Shown in pieces: positions 13,347 through 24,157 of a stretch of DNA of 48,847 nucleotides; positions within the stretch are counted from its first letter, which is position 1; every line of letters starts with the position of its first letter. The stretch covers positions 53,602 through 102,448 of the forward strand of contig MQRK01170520.1 in assembly GCA_001938485.1 (NCBI GenBank), read 5' to 3'. Made by a program: the position numbers and the translations under genes. The notes under the pieces are model-generated. The model did no database searches and was not told where the DNA came from. It saw only the letters and a program-made list of their open reading frames with translations. The DNA comes from Girardia tigrina (taxonomy: Eukaryota).

Positions 13347-13512
13347 TAGGGAGCGACGATGTATCGTTTAACGATGAGTCGATGCATCGTTAACGATTCA
13401 TCAAAACACGCATCGAAAAACCTTCATCGTTAAACGATGCATCGAAAGACTGCATCGTTCACGATGCATCGACCATATTTAACGATGTACGATACGATGT
13501 GTCGTTCCCTAG
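13347..13512. mobile_element. MITE (hAT-like TAGGGA ends) with internal GCATCGTT/AACGATGC sub-repeats
   Basis: TAGGGAGCGAC ... GTCGTTCCCTA inverted ends; many CATCG/CGATG units; TSD imperfect. Confidence 0.7.
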
Positions 13513-13559
13513 TCTATACCAACTTAAGTAACTAGCAGTCCCCAATAGACTAACTATTG

Positions 13560-13900
13560 GGTCTTCAGCTTTCCGCCTTTTCGGTCTTCCTTTGAAAAAC
13601 TATCAACCATGTTTGTGTGTTCCATGGTTTTATATTCATCTGGCTGATCTAGTGGACTTAAGAGCAGTCCCGAATAGATGTTCAAAGTTTCCTTTTCTGA
13701 AAGGTCAGTCAATCGAAAAATTGCAACTTCTACGGAGATGATTGCAGAAGGATTTTTCGGGTAGGTCGCACCTACGTCGGTACCTGAATGCTGCTTAAAA
13801 ATGTGGTCTGTCTTTCATCGTAGTTTCTGAACTTCTTTCTGATTTGCATTTTTTCTGGATTTGTCCTTATTCCATTATCTCTACATAGTAAAAACGATCC
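13560..13900 (-). pseudogene. Highly decayed Gypsy-type pol remnant
   Basis: Minus strand gives NGIRTNPEKMQ, then a frameshifted FD*TD..NFE..QPDEYK RT/RNase H connection-like stretch. Confidence 0.4.
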
Positions 13901-16900
13901 AAAATTCTCGTGAAACAACACTCTTGAAAAGAAGTGCTAAAATGAGGTTAAATTCTTATATATCTTAATGAATTCGCTCATGAATATGGATGTGATAGAC
14001 AAATACACAAGTATATCTGCTCCAGAAAATGCCAGAGTAGAGTGGTAGATAATTTGCTGCGATTTGGATGAAACAGTGCTACTACACTATGTGAAGATAG
14101 TGTACTATTCCAAATACAAAGACAGTCTTTAATTGCATTATTTCCTTGTTTTGCTCTTACTGCAAACTGGTTAGAGAATTTTGCATTTACAATACGACGA
14201 CAGATGATATCATGTGGCTTAAAGAATCAAAAAACATTAAAGAAGCCAATGATTACCAGAAAATCAACATATTACAAAAACTTAGTGTTAACTGAATTGT
14301 TTCTTTTATTTATATTAACTACGCAAGATATTATTGGATAATAATAGCAAAATATTTTAAAATTTAATTAAAGATATTAGGATTTGAAACACTTTTTCTT
14401 CGATCATTTGGAATATTTATTAATGGGTTGTAGTGTCTTATTAATAATTTACAGAACTTCAGTTGAAATAAAATACTTTTTATTTAGAATTTCTAGAATA
14501 GGGAGTTTTGATTGTAAAAAACATAATCCGTTATTAACTTCTGATCAATCTCTTTTTTCTACAATTTTTTTTACTCTATTCATGATAATTAATCGAAGTA
14601 TTTTAAGAAAAGAATAAAATAATAATAAGTAAGCTTTTTATGTATGTGGACATTATAAGACACATTACAAACTTATAATCGATGGTATATTATCAAAATG
14701 TTGTATTTCAATGAATTATTTGAATTATTTGCCCAATGATGGACATTCATCAGCAGTGAAAAATGATCAACGCTAGGAGGAGGACGACGGAGTTTATTTT
14801 TCTTACCAATCCCGATGAGCATCGACGAGATTCTGAATATCGAATTTTTCGGGAAAACAAATAAATAAAGATTGAAACAACGGATAACAGAGTCCACCAT
14901 TTGATCGGTGATAAGCATTGTGCTTTAAAGACATTTCTAAATTATATTAAGTTTCTATTTCAAGTGGCTTTAGTTTTTGAATTCCAAATTTGATTTTAAT
15001 TGAACAAATTGTTATTTCCAAACAATTGTAATTCTAAACTTTCAAATTGTATCTTTTCCTATTTTTTGGCAATGAAAGTAATAGTATTGACTCTAGTATC
15101 CATTGACTCTAGTAATCTTGAAGTTTTGATTTGAAAAGCTTATTAAGACAAATATTTCATGATTGCAGTTCTTCGTTTATTATATGTTGACCACTTGACA
15201 CAGTTTCTAATTTTTCTACAAGATGTATTGTAAAGATGCATTTAGTTTTAAAAGAATTATGCTCTTCTTTCATCCATTTTTCTTAAAATATAAAGTCGAT
15301 AAATTATTGATTGAAAATTAACATTTAATTATTAAAAATTAACATTTTATATTTACTTATTCTCAAACTGACCCTTTTTTCATCTTTATCTTGAAAAATA
15401 TGGTGCTTTTCGGATGCAATATTAAAAGGTTTCGCAAACTCCACATCGACAAATGTTCTCATCAACACGGAAATATTTTATAAAACTTGTGGTTTCTGAA
15501 TTGAAAAATGCGTAGTAAATCTTTCGATTCCAAAACTCTTATGAATATTTATATAAAAAATAATTCTGAAGATTAATTATTTTGAGACGCATTTAAAGAA
15601 AGGAAAATATCTAAAGTAATTTATGTTTTATTAAAAATAATATTAAATCTTTTGTATTTTTCTTACTTTAATTATTTTTTTAATAAAGCATAAACAATTC
15701 AATTGTTTCATATAAAAGATTTTTACGATTGTAACATTTTGTCGACATATTCATTTTATACGAGCAATTAACGATAAAAGTTCATGAAATTATAATTATT
15801 AAAAAAATAAAATTTGAAAATTAAATTCAAACACTTTCTCGGATGACAGACAATATTGATTTATCGTTTTGGATTACGAACACTCACGCATGCTTGAAAT
15901 AATGGAAGTTTATTAAATATAATATATTATTTATTATGGTCTTTAAATCGTTTATTTAATGCTATTTACATTTAATAAATTCTATCACCAAGCATCGTTG
16001 CATTTATTGTAAAGGTTTTTTTGTGTCTTGTTAAAACGCAAACAACGAAATAACGTGAGAATTCCAAACACAATTTATTTTCTTACTTAAGATTCTTCCA
16101 GACTCAAAGATAGTTTGAAACATGCTCTCCCAGCATTTTCTCGAATGCATTATTTGTTAAACAATCAGATCAAACTTTAGATCAAATTTATATTGATATC
16201 CAGTCGAGATTAAATTATTTATCCATTTGAAACATAAAATGTACCGGAAGTGGGAACAGTAACAACACAACGATGAAAGATTTTTTTATTGTAAGCAGTC
16301 TTAAAGTAATCTTTTTTCATTCTTTCCAATGAAATTAAGAAAAGTTAAGAAGATCCCTTACGAACATTTCCATTAGCTACAGCAAAGAAATCAATTGAAA
16401 ATCAAATAAAATATCCAAAAACAAAGTTTTTCAGAAAATTTAGATTTATCGCAAATAACATTCTTCAAAAATATTAAATCTCAATTATTGATTTGCCGGA
16501 TGTTTTATGCGCGTTTGCTAAGTCCAATTTTGTAAAGGCTATCCGCCGCATCTTGGAAAAATTGTGTTTTTCATTTAATCTTTCAACTGTTCATTTGTCC
16601 ATGAAAGTACATATTATACAGTTATTTAATATCATACATTTCTCTTGAAGAAATACATGTCGAAGTATTTTGATTATGTTTATCAGAAACTGTACATATG
16701 TTAAGTATGTCTCTACATTTAAATAAGCGTCCAATTATTCGACCTATGTCAAAAAGTTTAAGTATGAAATGACTCTATTCGAAATTTGAATCATCTCTAG
16801 CATGTCACATAAAAGTATAAATTGCCATAATAAAAGCTCATTGTACCCGAAAGATCTAAAATCTGTGCTTGCATTCAATTTGAAACAATTTAGAATAATA

Positions 16901-17225
16901 TTAATAATAATAATAATATAGATAATAATAATGACTATATTTTAGACGTCCAAAATAATATTGAATCATTACACAGTTGCTTCGATAACATTCTAATTCC
17001 ATTTCGATTCCGAATTTCGTATTAATTATCTTTTATTTAATAATAAATTTTAATTTAAAAATTTTTGTTTTAATTTTGTTGAAAAATAGTAAAACAGTTC
17101 ACGATATTTAATTTACTAAAAATATGAAGAGGACAGGCTGAACCAAATCGATATTTACACAAACACAAAACCAACGCTAAACAAATGAAAGTAAAATTGA
17201 AATAAATTTTTGAGTAAATACTAAT

Positions 17226-17776
17226 TCATTTGATGCAAACTGTGTCTGGACAGAGCTCCTTTCTGATGATCCAGACCCCCTCTGAGACGTCGTCACTTAT
17301 GAATTCGTTCAAGTTCGGTTCTATGATACTGTTGTTATTGAACTGTGAATCGGTTTTTTCTTCACTCTCGTTATTCCGAGATTTTTTTATTGTCTTCATT
17401 TTTAGCTTGGGCTTTTTATCAGTATTTATTTGTAAAACAGTTTTATTTTCGACTGAGGTTAAACCCGGTATTTTTGAGGTTTTAACTGACAACTTCTGGT
17501 CTGAATTGGACACTTTGTCACAGGTGATAACTGAAACTGGTTTTGTTGTTTTAGGAACAGTTTTTGAGTTTTCATTAATCGATTCTTCGGATGTTGTTCG
17601 AATTGTGTTATTTAAGGTCTTCTTAATAAGAGGCTGTGGTTTAATTTTGCTCGTTGCTACGGTCCCATTAATTGGAGATACTTTCTTTGCATAAGTGGAA
17701 AATTTATCTGAATTATTAGTCATCATCGGTTTTGACAATTTGGCAGACCCAGATATGGTATTCGGCATCTTGAGAC
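17226..17776 (-). CDS. APC: APC terminal coding exon (basic Lys/Ser/Thr-rich tail, ends GVWIIRKELCPDTVCIK*)
   Basis: Acceptor gtaacag|GT CTC AAG ATG is phase 1 and matches the preceding donor. Open to TGA at 17226-17228; basic composition like the APC basic domain. Confidence 0.8.
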
Positions 17777-18554
17777 CTGTTACGTAAAAGCATGAAATAA
17801 ATAATTTAAAACAAAATTCATACTGTTATCTTTTCATAGCAGTTATTTATCTGACATCACATTTTAAAAGGAATTTGAAGGCTACTTTTTAAAATCGAGA
17901 TTATCAAATAATAATTTTCATATGCTAACCCTAAGATTTTTAAATACTGATAAAATAAATAGAAGGAAATGCCGTTTCAGTCGTTACTTTTATATTTGTA
18001 CATTTGAATTTAAGTATGGCGTGAAGAATAATATTTATAGCATGATTTTGAGACTTTTTCAGTAAATATTTGACAGGTAAATGAGAATTGACAAATCATC
18101 AACGTAAATGAAATTTCTTAATAGTATGAATTAACCAACTTAATAAAAGCTACCTAAAATAGTTATCTCACCATAGATTGGTCAACCTATCCGACCATAT
18201 CTAGGAATTAATGACAGAATTTTATCAAATATATATCTTTTTAATATAAACTACAAATTTTCTCATCATATGAGTTGAAGGCGGACTAACTAGAAGAATA
18301 CGAGAAAGAAAATTTACATTTACATTCACATCTTTAATTTAAATGTTATGAAATCATAGTTTGAAAATCACATTAATACGAAATCAAATAAAAAATTATA
18401 ATCAAAAATGCCATCATGTAAATTAATATTTATTAAATTTAAAAACTTTTTGAGATATATTTTGTCTAATTTTCCGCAATCCTTAGGTATGATTAATAAC
18501 AAAATGCGTTTCGGATCCTAAAACTCTAGAAGAATATTAAAGATTTATTAATAT

Positions 18555-18632
18555 TTAAACCTTTCGGCCCTGAATACAAATATTCTATAATTTTGTGGTA
18601 CATATATGTACCGCTAGGAACGAAAGAGTCAA
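18555..18632. mobile_element. Tiny piggyBac-like MITE remnant
   Basis: TTAA-ACCTTTCG ... CGAAAGAG-TCAA imperfect inverted ends; internal palindrome GGTACATATATGTACC. Confidence 0.45.
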
Positions 18633-18901
18633 GTCGTAAACCAATTTAAAAAATGAAAAGCGGAGCTATTGTAAAATTGCAAACTCGCTGTTCGCGTTGT
18701 GATTGCCTTTGACCCTTACTTGAGCCCAATTTAAATTAAAATATTAAATAAATTAAATTAAATAAGTAAAAGAAATTAAAAAATTAAATTAAAAGTAAAT
18801 GTAAATAAAGTAATTAAATTAAAATACTAATTAAATAAAATCATTTAAATTAAAATAAATAAATCAAATAATATATATACATAGTGATCAAACAATCACG
18901 A

Positions 18902-19147
18902 TCATATGGTTTTGTGATGGCATATTTTAATGTTTGATTTTTCGTTTATATGGTAGTCATTAACAGTTGTATTGTTATTCAATATTGATCCTTAAAAAAC
19001 CAGTTTCTGTTCATTTGGTGCCAATTTAGTCTTTTCGTTTAACTTTCTTTTTAAATTAATGATTTTCTCGTTCTTTAGAACTTCAATAGCAACAAATTTT
19101 CTTTCTATTGCTTTAATAAATATCTGTATTTCGTTTGTGATGTGATC
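18902..19147 (-). pseudogene. Ubiquitin-like domain pseudogene nested in APC intron (not in ORF track)
   Basis: Manual translation: DHITNEIQIFIKAIERKFVAIEVLKNEKIINLKRKLNEKTKLAPNEQKLVF*GSILNNNTTVNDYHINEKSNIKICHHKTI*. Aligns without gaps to ubiquitin (MQIFVK...[25 protein letters not shown]). One in-frame TAA at 18992-18994; no C-terminal GG. Confidence 0.8.
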
Positions 19148-19506
19148 TCAATAGATTAAAAAACTTCATTTGATTTTATTTCAAATGCCGTTAATCAAAG
19201 AAAAATTTTCAAAATTTTAAGCAAGGATTATTTTGTGATTAAAAATCACATTGATTTGAGTTGTCCAATGGAATATGGGTCTGTTTGTATAAAGAAAATG
19301 AAAAATTGATTATGCAATATGATATGTGTATGTATGTTTGTGTTAATTCTGATTCGTACATGCGTGTGTGTAATGTTTGCGTGTGAATATTATTTTTGTA
19401 ATAAAACTGTATCACAATTTCGTAAAACAATTTACAAAATGTTTTGTTTAAATTGATCAATTTATTAAAATAAAATTTGGAGAAAGTTTAATTGTCTTAT
19501 AATTGC

Positions 19507-20220
19507 ATGAATGTAATGATAATCAAATGGAGTGATAATGCTAAAATGGAGTCTTTCGACAATAATAAATTAATTTTTAAAGACGAAATTACGTTGTTAA
19601 TAAATGAGTTAATTCAAGTGATTGGCAAAAAATTTAAGCAATTTACAGATGAAAATTTGAAAATGATCAATGAAAAGTTTAATAGCTCTGAGGAATTAAA
19701 AGAAAAGTTGGATTTTGAAAAGTTTCAGTCGATTAATTGTAATACGACTGATTTGTATAAAAATGCGTTAAAATCTCAATTGATAAAAGATTACAATATT
19801 ATTTCTATTACCGAAATTCGAGTTATTACATCATCGTTATTTATGCATCATATTAAGGAAAATTTTGAGTATGATACAGTCGATAAACGTATGAATGGTC
19901 AATTAGTTTGTATGATATTGAGAACTATTCTTGATTTACTTCTTATGAGAACAAACAAAATACTCCCACAACCTGCTAAAGATGATAATAATTCAATGGC
20001 CGCGGATGTGGAATCAATATCAATATCTTCTCTAAATCAAATGTTTTCTCACGATTCTGTTGCTTATTTGACTTTAAAACTCATTTATGACAGAAAACTT
20101 GTATCGTTTTGTTTATCAAATCTTGATCATTTTTTGCAACTGAATGAATCAATCACCCATGGATCAGAAATATTCAGAAAAAGAATTGTCAATAATAAAG
20201 ACCGAAAAACCCTCTGCTGA
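19507..20220 (+). CDS. Intronless orphan ORF (237 aa from first ATG), antisense within APC last intron; unknown function
   Basis: 729-nt open frame (19492-20220) in sequence of roughly 75% AT, where long chance ORFs are improbable. Globular, helical-looking composition; no motif recognised. Confidence 0.55.
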   Translation: MNVMIIKWSDNAKMESFDNNKLIFKDEITLLINELIQVIGKKFKQFTDENLKMINEKFNSSEELKEKLDFEKFQSINCNTTDLYKNALKSQLIKDYNIISITEIRVITSSLFMHHIKENFEYDTVDKRMNGQLVCMILRTILDLLLMRTNKILPQPAKDDNNSMAADVESISISSLNQMFSHDSVAYLTLKLIYDRKLVSFCLSNLDHFLQLNESITHGSEIFRKRIVNNKDRKTLC

Positions 20221-21426
20221 GATACAACACTCGCGGCTGTACATTCAAAATTCTTAGAAAGAACAACTAAAATGAAAAAATAGTGAACTCTTTTTTCAAA
20301 TATTTGATGCTTTATAAATATTTTCAAATGACAATTTTTGCAAATTTATTAATAGCAACCGAATCATATGCACCTGTTTGTTTACCTACGAATAATGTTC
20401 GATATTTTAGGCGTTAACCGTACAACTTGATAGTTTGATTGAATTAACGAACATCATTTAGATTTTATAGGAAATATTAGTAAATTATTATTTATAAAAT
20501 CAATTTACAATACAATTTTGTATCAACTTTCAGTTATCTTAATGCCTAATTCAAAAATTATTTACATTGATATACTTTCGAAATAATTTAAAATCTTGGA
20601 TAAAATAAGAGTAGAACAATTAGTTTCCCAAGATACTTTGAATGGTATTTCAGATTCACTTTGATGTATTTAATATCCATTAGGCTGTCATAGTAAATGA
20701 CTGAGTGTATTATGCGATCCCCCATAACAATTTATTTTAACATCATATTGTTTTTAACGTTAATTAAACATATGATTTCATTTTACAAATAAATATCCAG
20801 ATATTTTTAGTAATCATAATTAATTAATTAATGATTAATAATGGAATATGATAAAAATATTAATAATGAAAATTATTGAGAAAAGACGTTATTAATTGAG
20901 GATATTATATCCAGGATTAAAATTTACATCCACGTGTGATGCACAATTCTATAGGAATAATAAGATATTTGCATGCAAAAATTACTGAAATCGTTTTATC
21001 AGGGATAGAAAAAGAACTGATAAAAAATAGTACATTTTGAATGGGGATCAGTTGTTTCGACAAACTGTGCAAGTCACTTGGACTACCTTCAATCGATGTC
21101 CCTTGGAAACTAGAGTTCGTCCCTAGGCTACATTGTCTAAGACTGTGTTGTTCGCTGTTTGAAAGCCGGAAGTGATAGTATTCGTAACGTAACTAGCAAA
21201 CCATTACTTGAAGCCCTAGCTACAAATATGGGTGTGAAGGCTGTTGAGAGTAGTGACCCTGCAGTCTACGGTGAGATAGCATCACAATGAATCTCAATAA
21301 ATCAATCTTGATGAACGGTGTTGCAATGATGCAGGTAACCCGGCGTAGGATTACTATGAATCCCTGCGTTTGGGGGAGTGGTACGAAGGCGCCGTCAGTG
21401 ACCCAGGTCCTCCTAAAAAGCATATA

Positions 21427-22711
21427 CCAGGTTGAGTCAAAAGTTAATCAAGTTGTTTACTGAATTAAAGTTTGTTTATCAGATCATTTAAGTGTAGCAT
21501 TTATGTGCAACATTTGGTATCATTTTAAAGCCAATAAAAAGATGAATCAAACTAACTTTAAAAGTTACATATTTAAAATTCATTCTTCTATTTTTTACAT
21601 TTTAGAATGATTGAAGAAAAAAAATTAATTCGTGTCTTATGATGACATTATTGGAAAAACGGCCTAACAGTAGCAGCTGCAACTCGAGAAATCTGAAACG
21701 TGGAAGGCAAGGATAAACTCAGGCAAAATAAATGCTCAGTGGTGGTTTTATCGCTTTAATCAGGGAGATACCAGTCTTGAAGATCAGGAACGTTCAGGTC
21801 GACCATCAGTGGTAAAGAAAGAGGATATTCGTGCCCTGGGGGAGCAGCAGCCCTGTAATACCACCCGCAGGCTGTCCAAGGAGCTCAACTATTCTCAAAG
21901 CACCATTGTTCGTCATCCGAATAAATTGGATTTTGTAAATAAAAATTCACTCAGAGTTAACCACGAATTGATAAATATTCATGCACAGTGTAGAATTGAT
22001 CTTTGTCGTGAACTACTCAATAACCTCAGAGACAGCCGTTTTTGGAAGCGAATTATTACAGGAGATAAAAAGTGGATTTTCTTCCATAATTCTAGTGGAG
22101 GTAAGCAATGGCTTCAATATAATCAGCCCAACTCAGCAAGTTGTTCCTCAAGGTCGCATCAAAAAGAAAGTGATGTTGTGTGCTTGGTGAAATTATAAGG
22201 GACCTGTACACTGGGAACTTGTTCCTGATGGTAGAGCCATCGATGGTAACCTTTATGCTGAAAAATTACAGATTTCATGATGCATTGAGCACTCGCTATC
22301 AAGGATTGTTCAATTGCGGTAGAGTAATCCTACAGCATGGAAATGCTCCAACTAATATATAAAGAAGGTTGAAGCTGAAAATTGAAGAACTGCAAGCCAT
22401 CTAAGCCATTCCCCAACCAACATATAGTCAAACCTTACCCCTTCTGAATATCATCAGTTTCGATTTCTCTCACATTTTATACAAGGCAGACGTTTTGGTT
22501 CAGAGAAGGAGATCAAAAATGAATAACCGAATTTCGTGCCTCCAAGACACCTATATATTATAGCAATGGAATTGAGCATTTGGCAAAAAGATAGCTTCGA
22601 GTAATTGAAAATGATGGACTGTATTTCGAGGAATATTATAATCAGTGTCATAAAAATTTGTGTTAATATAATAGTTGCATAAAATCGTGCATTACTTTTG
22701 ACTCAACCTGG
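21427..22711 (+). mobile_element. Full-length but inactivated mariner element (1285 bp)
   Basis: TIRs CCAGGTTGAGTCAAAAGT / ACTTTTGACTCAACCTGG; TA on both sides. Transposase remnants RVNHEL, ITGDKKWIFF, KKVMLCAW, HGNAP, LTPSEYHQF with stops and frameshifts. Confidence 0.95.
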
Positions 22712-22760
22712 TAGGCTTAATACCTGAAAGAAGGAGGGATCTCCCCGTTTATGGTACATA

Positions 22761-24150
22761 CAGTAGAGGACAAATTAATAGTCAGCCCATAAAATTTTAG
22801 GTTTTTTACAGAAAATTTTGCTTAGATGTTTCAAATTCACATGTACATATAAAATTTCTTACTTTTACAAGGAAAGAGATATTAAGAGACAGTAACAACT
22901 ATTTAAAACTTTTTATTTCCACAATTTAAAAGAAATTTATATAATGAATATCTGTTAAATAAATAATACATTAAAGTCAAAATTTGGTATTACCACCTTT
23001 TGCTGCAATAATGGCTTGTAGCCGCTGTGGCATTGACCAAATCAACTTTCGACAGGTATCTGTAATAGAAACATCCATGATAAAGGAAGATAAGAGAGAG
23101 GTGACGAATCCTTCTTTAGTGGTGATTGTTTCCTTTCGTATTCTGCGCTTGACAATAGCCCAGAGGGTCTCAATCGGGTTGAGGTCTGGGTTATTGCCCG
23201 TCCATGGTAAAAATGCAACATAATTGGCGGCGAGGCATTGCATGGATTTCCTACTGGTGTGACAAGGTGCCCCATCTTGCATAAACACAAAATCACAAGT
23301 AGGAAATCCTTCATGAGCTTGGGGAATCATCTGACTTGTGAGAACTTCCATAATTTTGTCGAGTTCATAATTTTCTCTACAACATGGAACCTGCCACAAC
23401 CTTTTGCATTCATCATGGACCGCACCATCATCTTTGTAGGGAAGTTTACTGTTGGTTTTGTGGGGATTGGCCTACCACTTTCATGTCAGACTCGAGGCCT
23501 AGATGTTACTTCACACTGAAAGGAGGACTCTTCTGAAAAACTAACTTTTGACCAGTCCTTGACAATCCAACATAATCATTTGCCCACTGGAGACGTTTCT
23601 TGCGCATTGTAGCAGTCAGTAAGGGCTTAGGAACTGGTTTTACACTCATAACTCATTGTTCCTTGAGTCTAAGTTGCACTGTTTTGTAGGACAAACTTGA
23701 CACTCCAGTGGTTTGAAGAGCACCAGCCAATTGATGTGAAGTTACTTTGGCGTTATGCAGCACAAGCCGACAAATTTGCCGTCTGTTTGCAAAGATGTTG
23801 GTTTTTTACGTCTATATCACCCAATTCGAGACGTCCTGAAAGTATCTTGTTTCTCGATACGCGGGACGGTCCTTTCACAGACTCCAATGTGATCTGCGAT
23901 TTCACAAATTGAATGTCTGTCACCTTTAAGAAGAGCAAGAATAGCAGTCCTTTGGGACTCTGTAGTATCTTTCTTCTTTCCCATTTCAGAAACAAGTAAA
24001 TAAATGTTTCTCAGGATTAATGTGAAAATGACCTTATTCATACCCAGTAACTGGTTATTTCCACGTGCATAAATTTATTTTCTTGTTACCAAGGCATAAA
24101 AGCTTTTATGATGAAACAAATGTTAGTTTGTGTGAGAGCATTATTTTCTT
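22761..24150 (-). mobile_element. Tc1 (DD34E) transposon, frameshifted, 5' TIR lost at the Penelope junction
   Basis: TA-CAGTAGAGGACAAATTAATAG TIR. Transposase runs ATG 23984 to stop 22977 (MGKKKDTTESQRTAILALL, FSEES, FMQDGAPCH..PDLNPIETLW; 34 residues between D and E). Confidence 0.93.
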
Positions 24151-24157
24151 TATGAAT

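Noticed and set aside
13347-13512. Regularly spaced CATCG/CGATG units suggestive of a CRISPR-like array
   Set aside because: Units are short, in both orientations, without unique constant-length spacers, and bounded by TIRs: a MITE in a eukaryotic genome.
17030-17040. APC polyadenylation signal (AATAAA on minus strand)
   Set aside because: The hexamer is too frequent in this AT-rich DNA to assign without transcript data.
17230-17694. 154-aa hydrophobic plus-strand ORF, and similar short ORFs at 39606-40566, 45378-45584, 46093-46349, 46895-47083
   Set aside because: Antisense or off-frame shadows of APC exons.
20218-20283. Alternative genetic code (TGA=Trp) or bacterial origin for the orphan ORF
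   Set aside because: Only one TGA is involved and read-through adds just 21 codons; no other bacterial signal.
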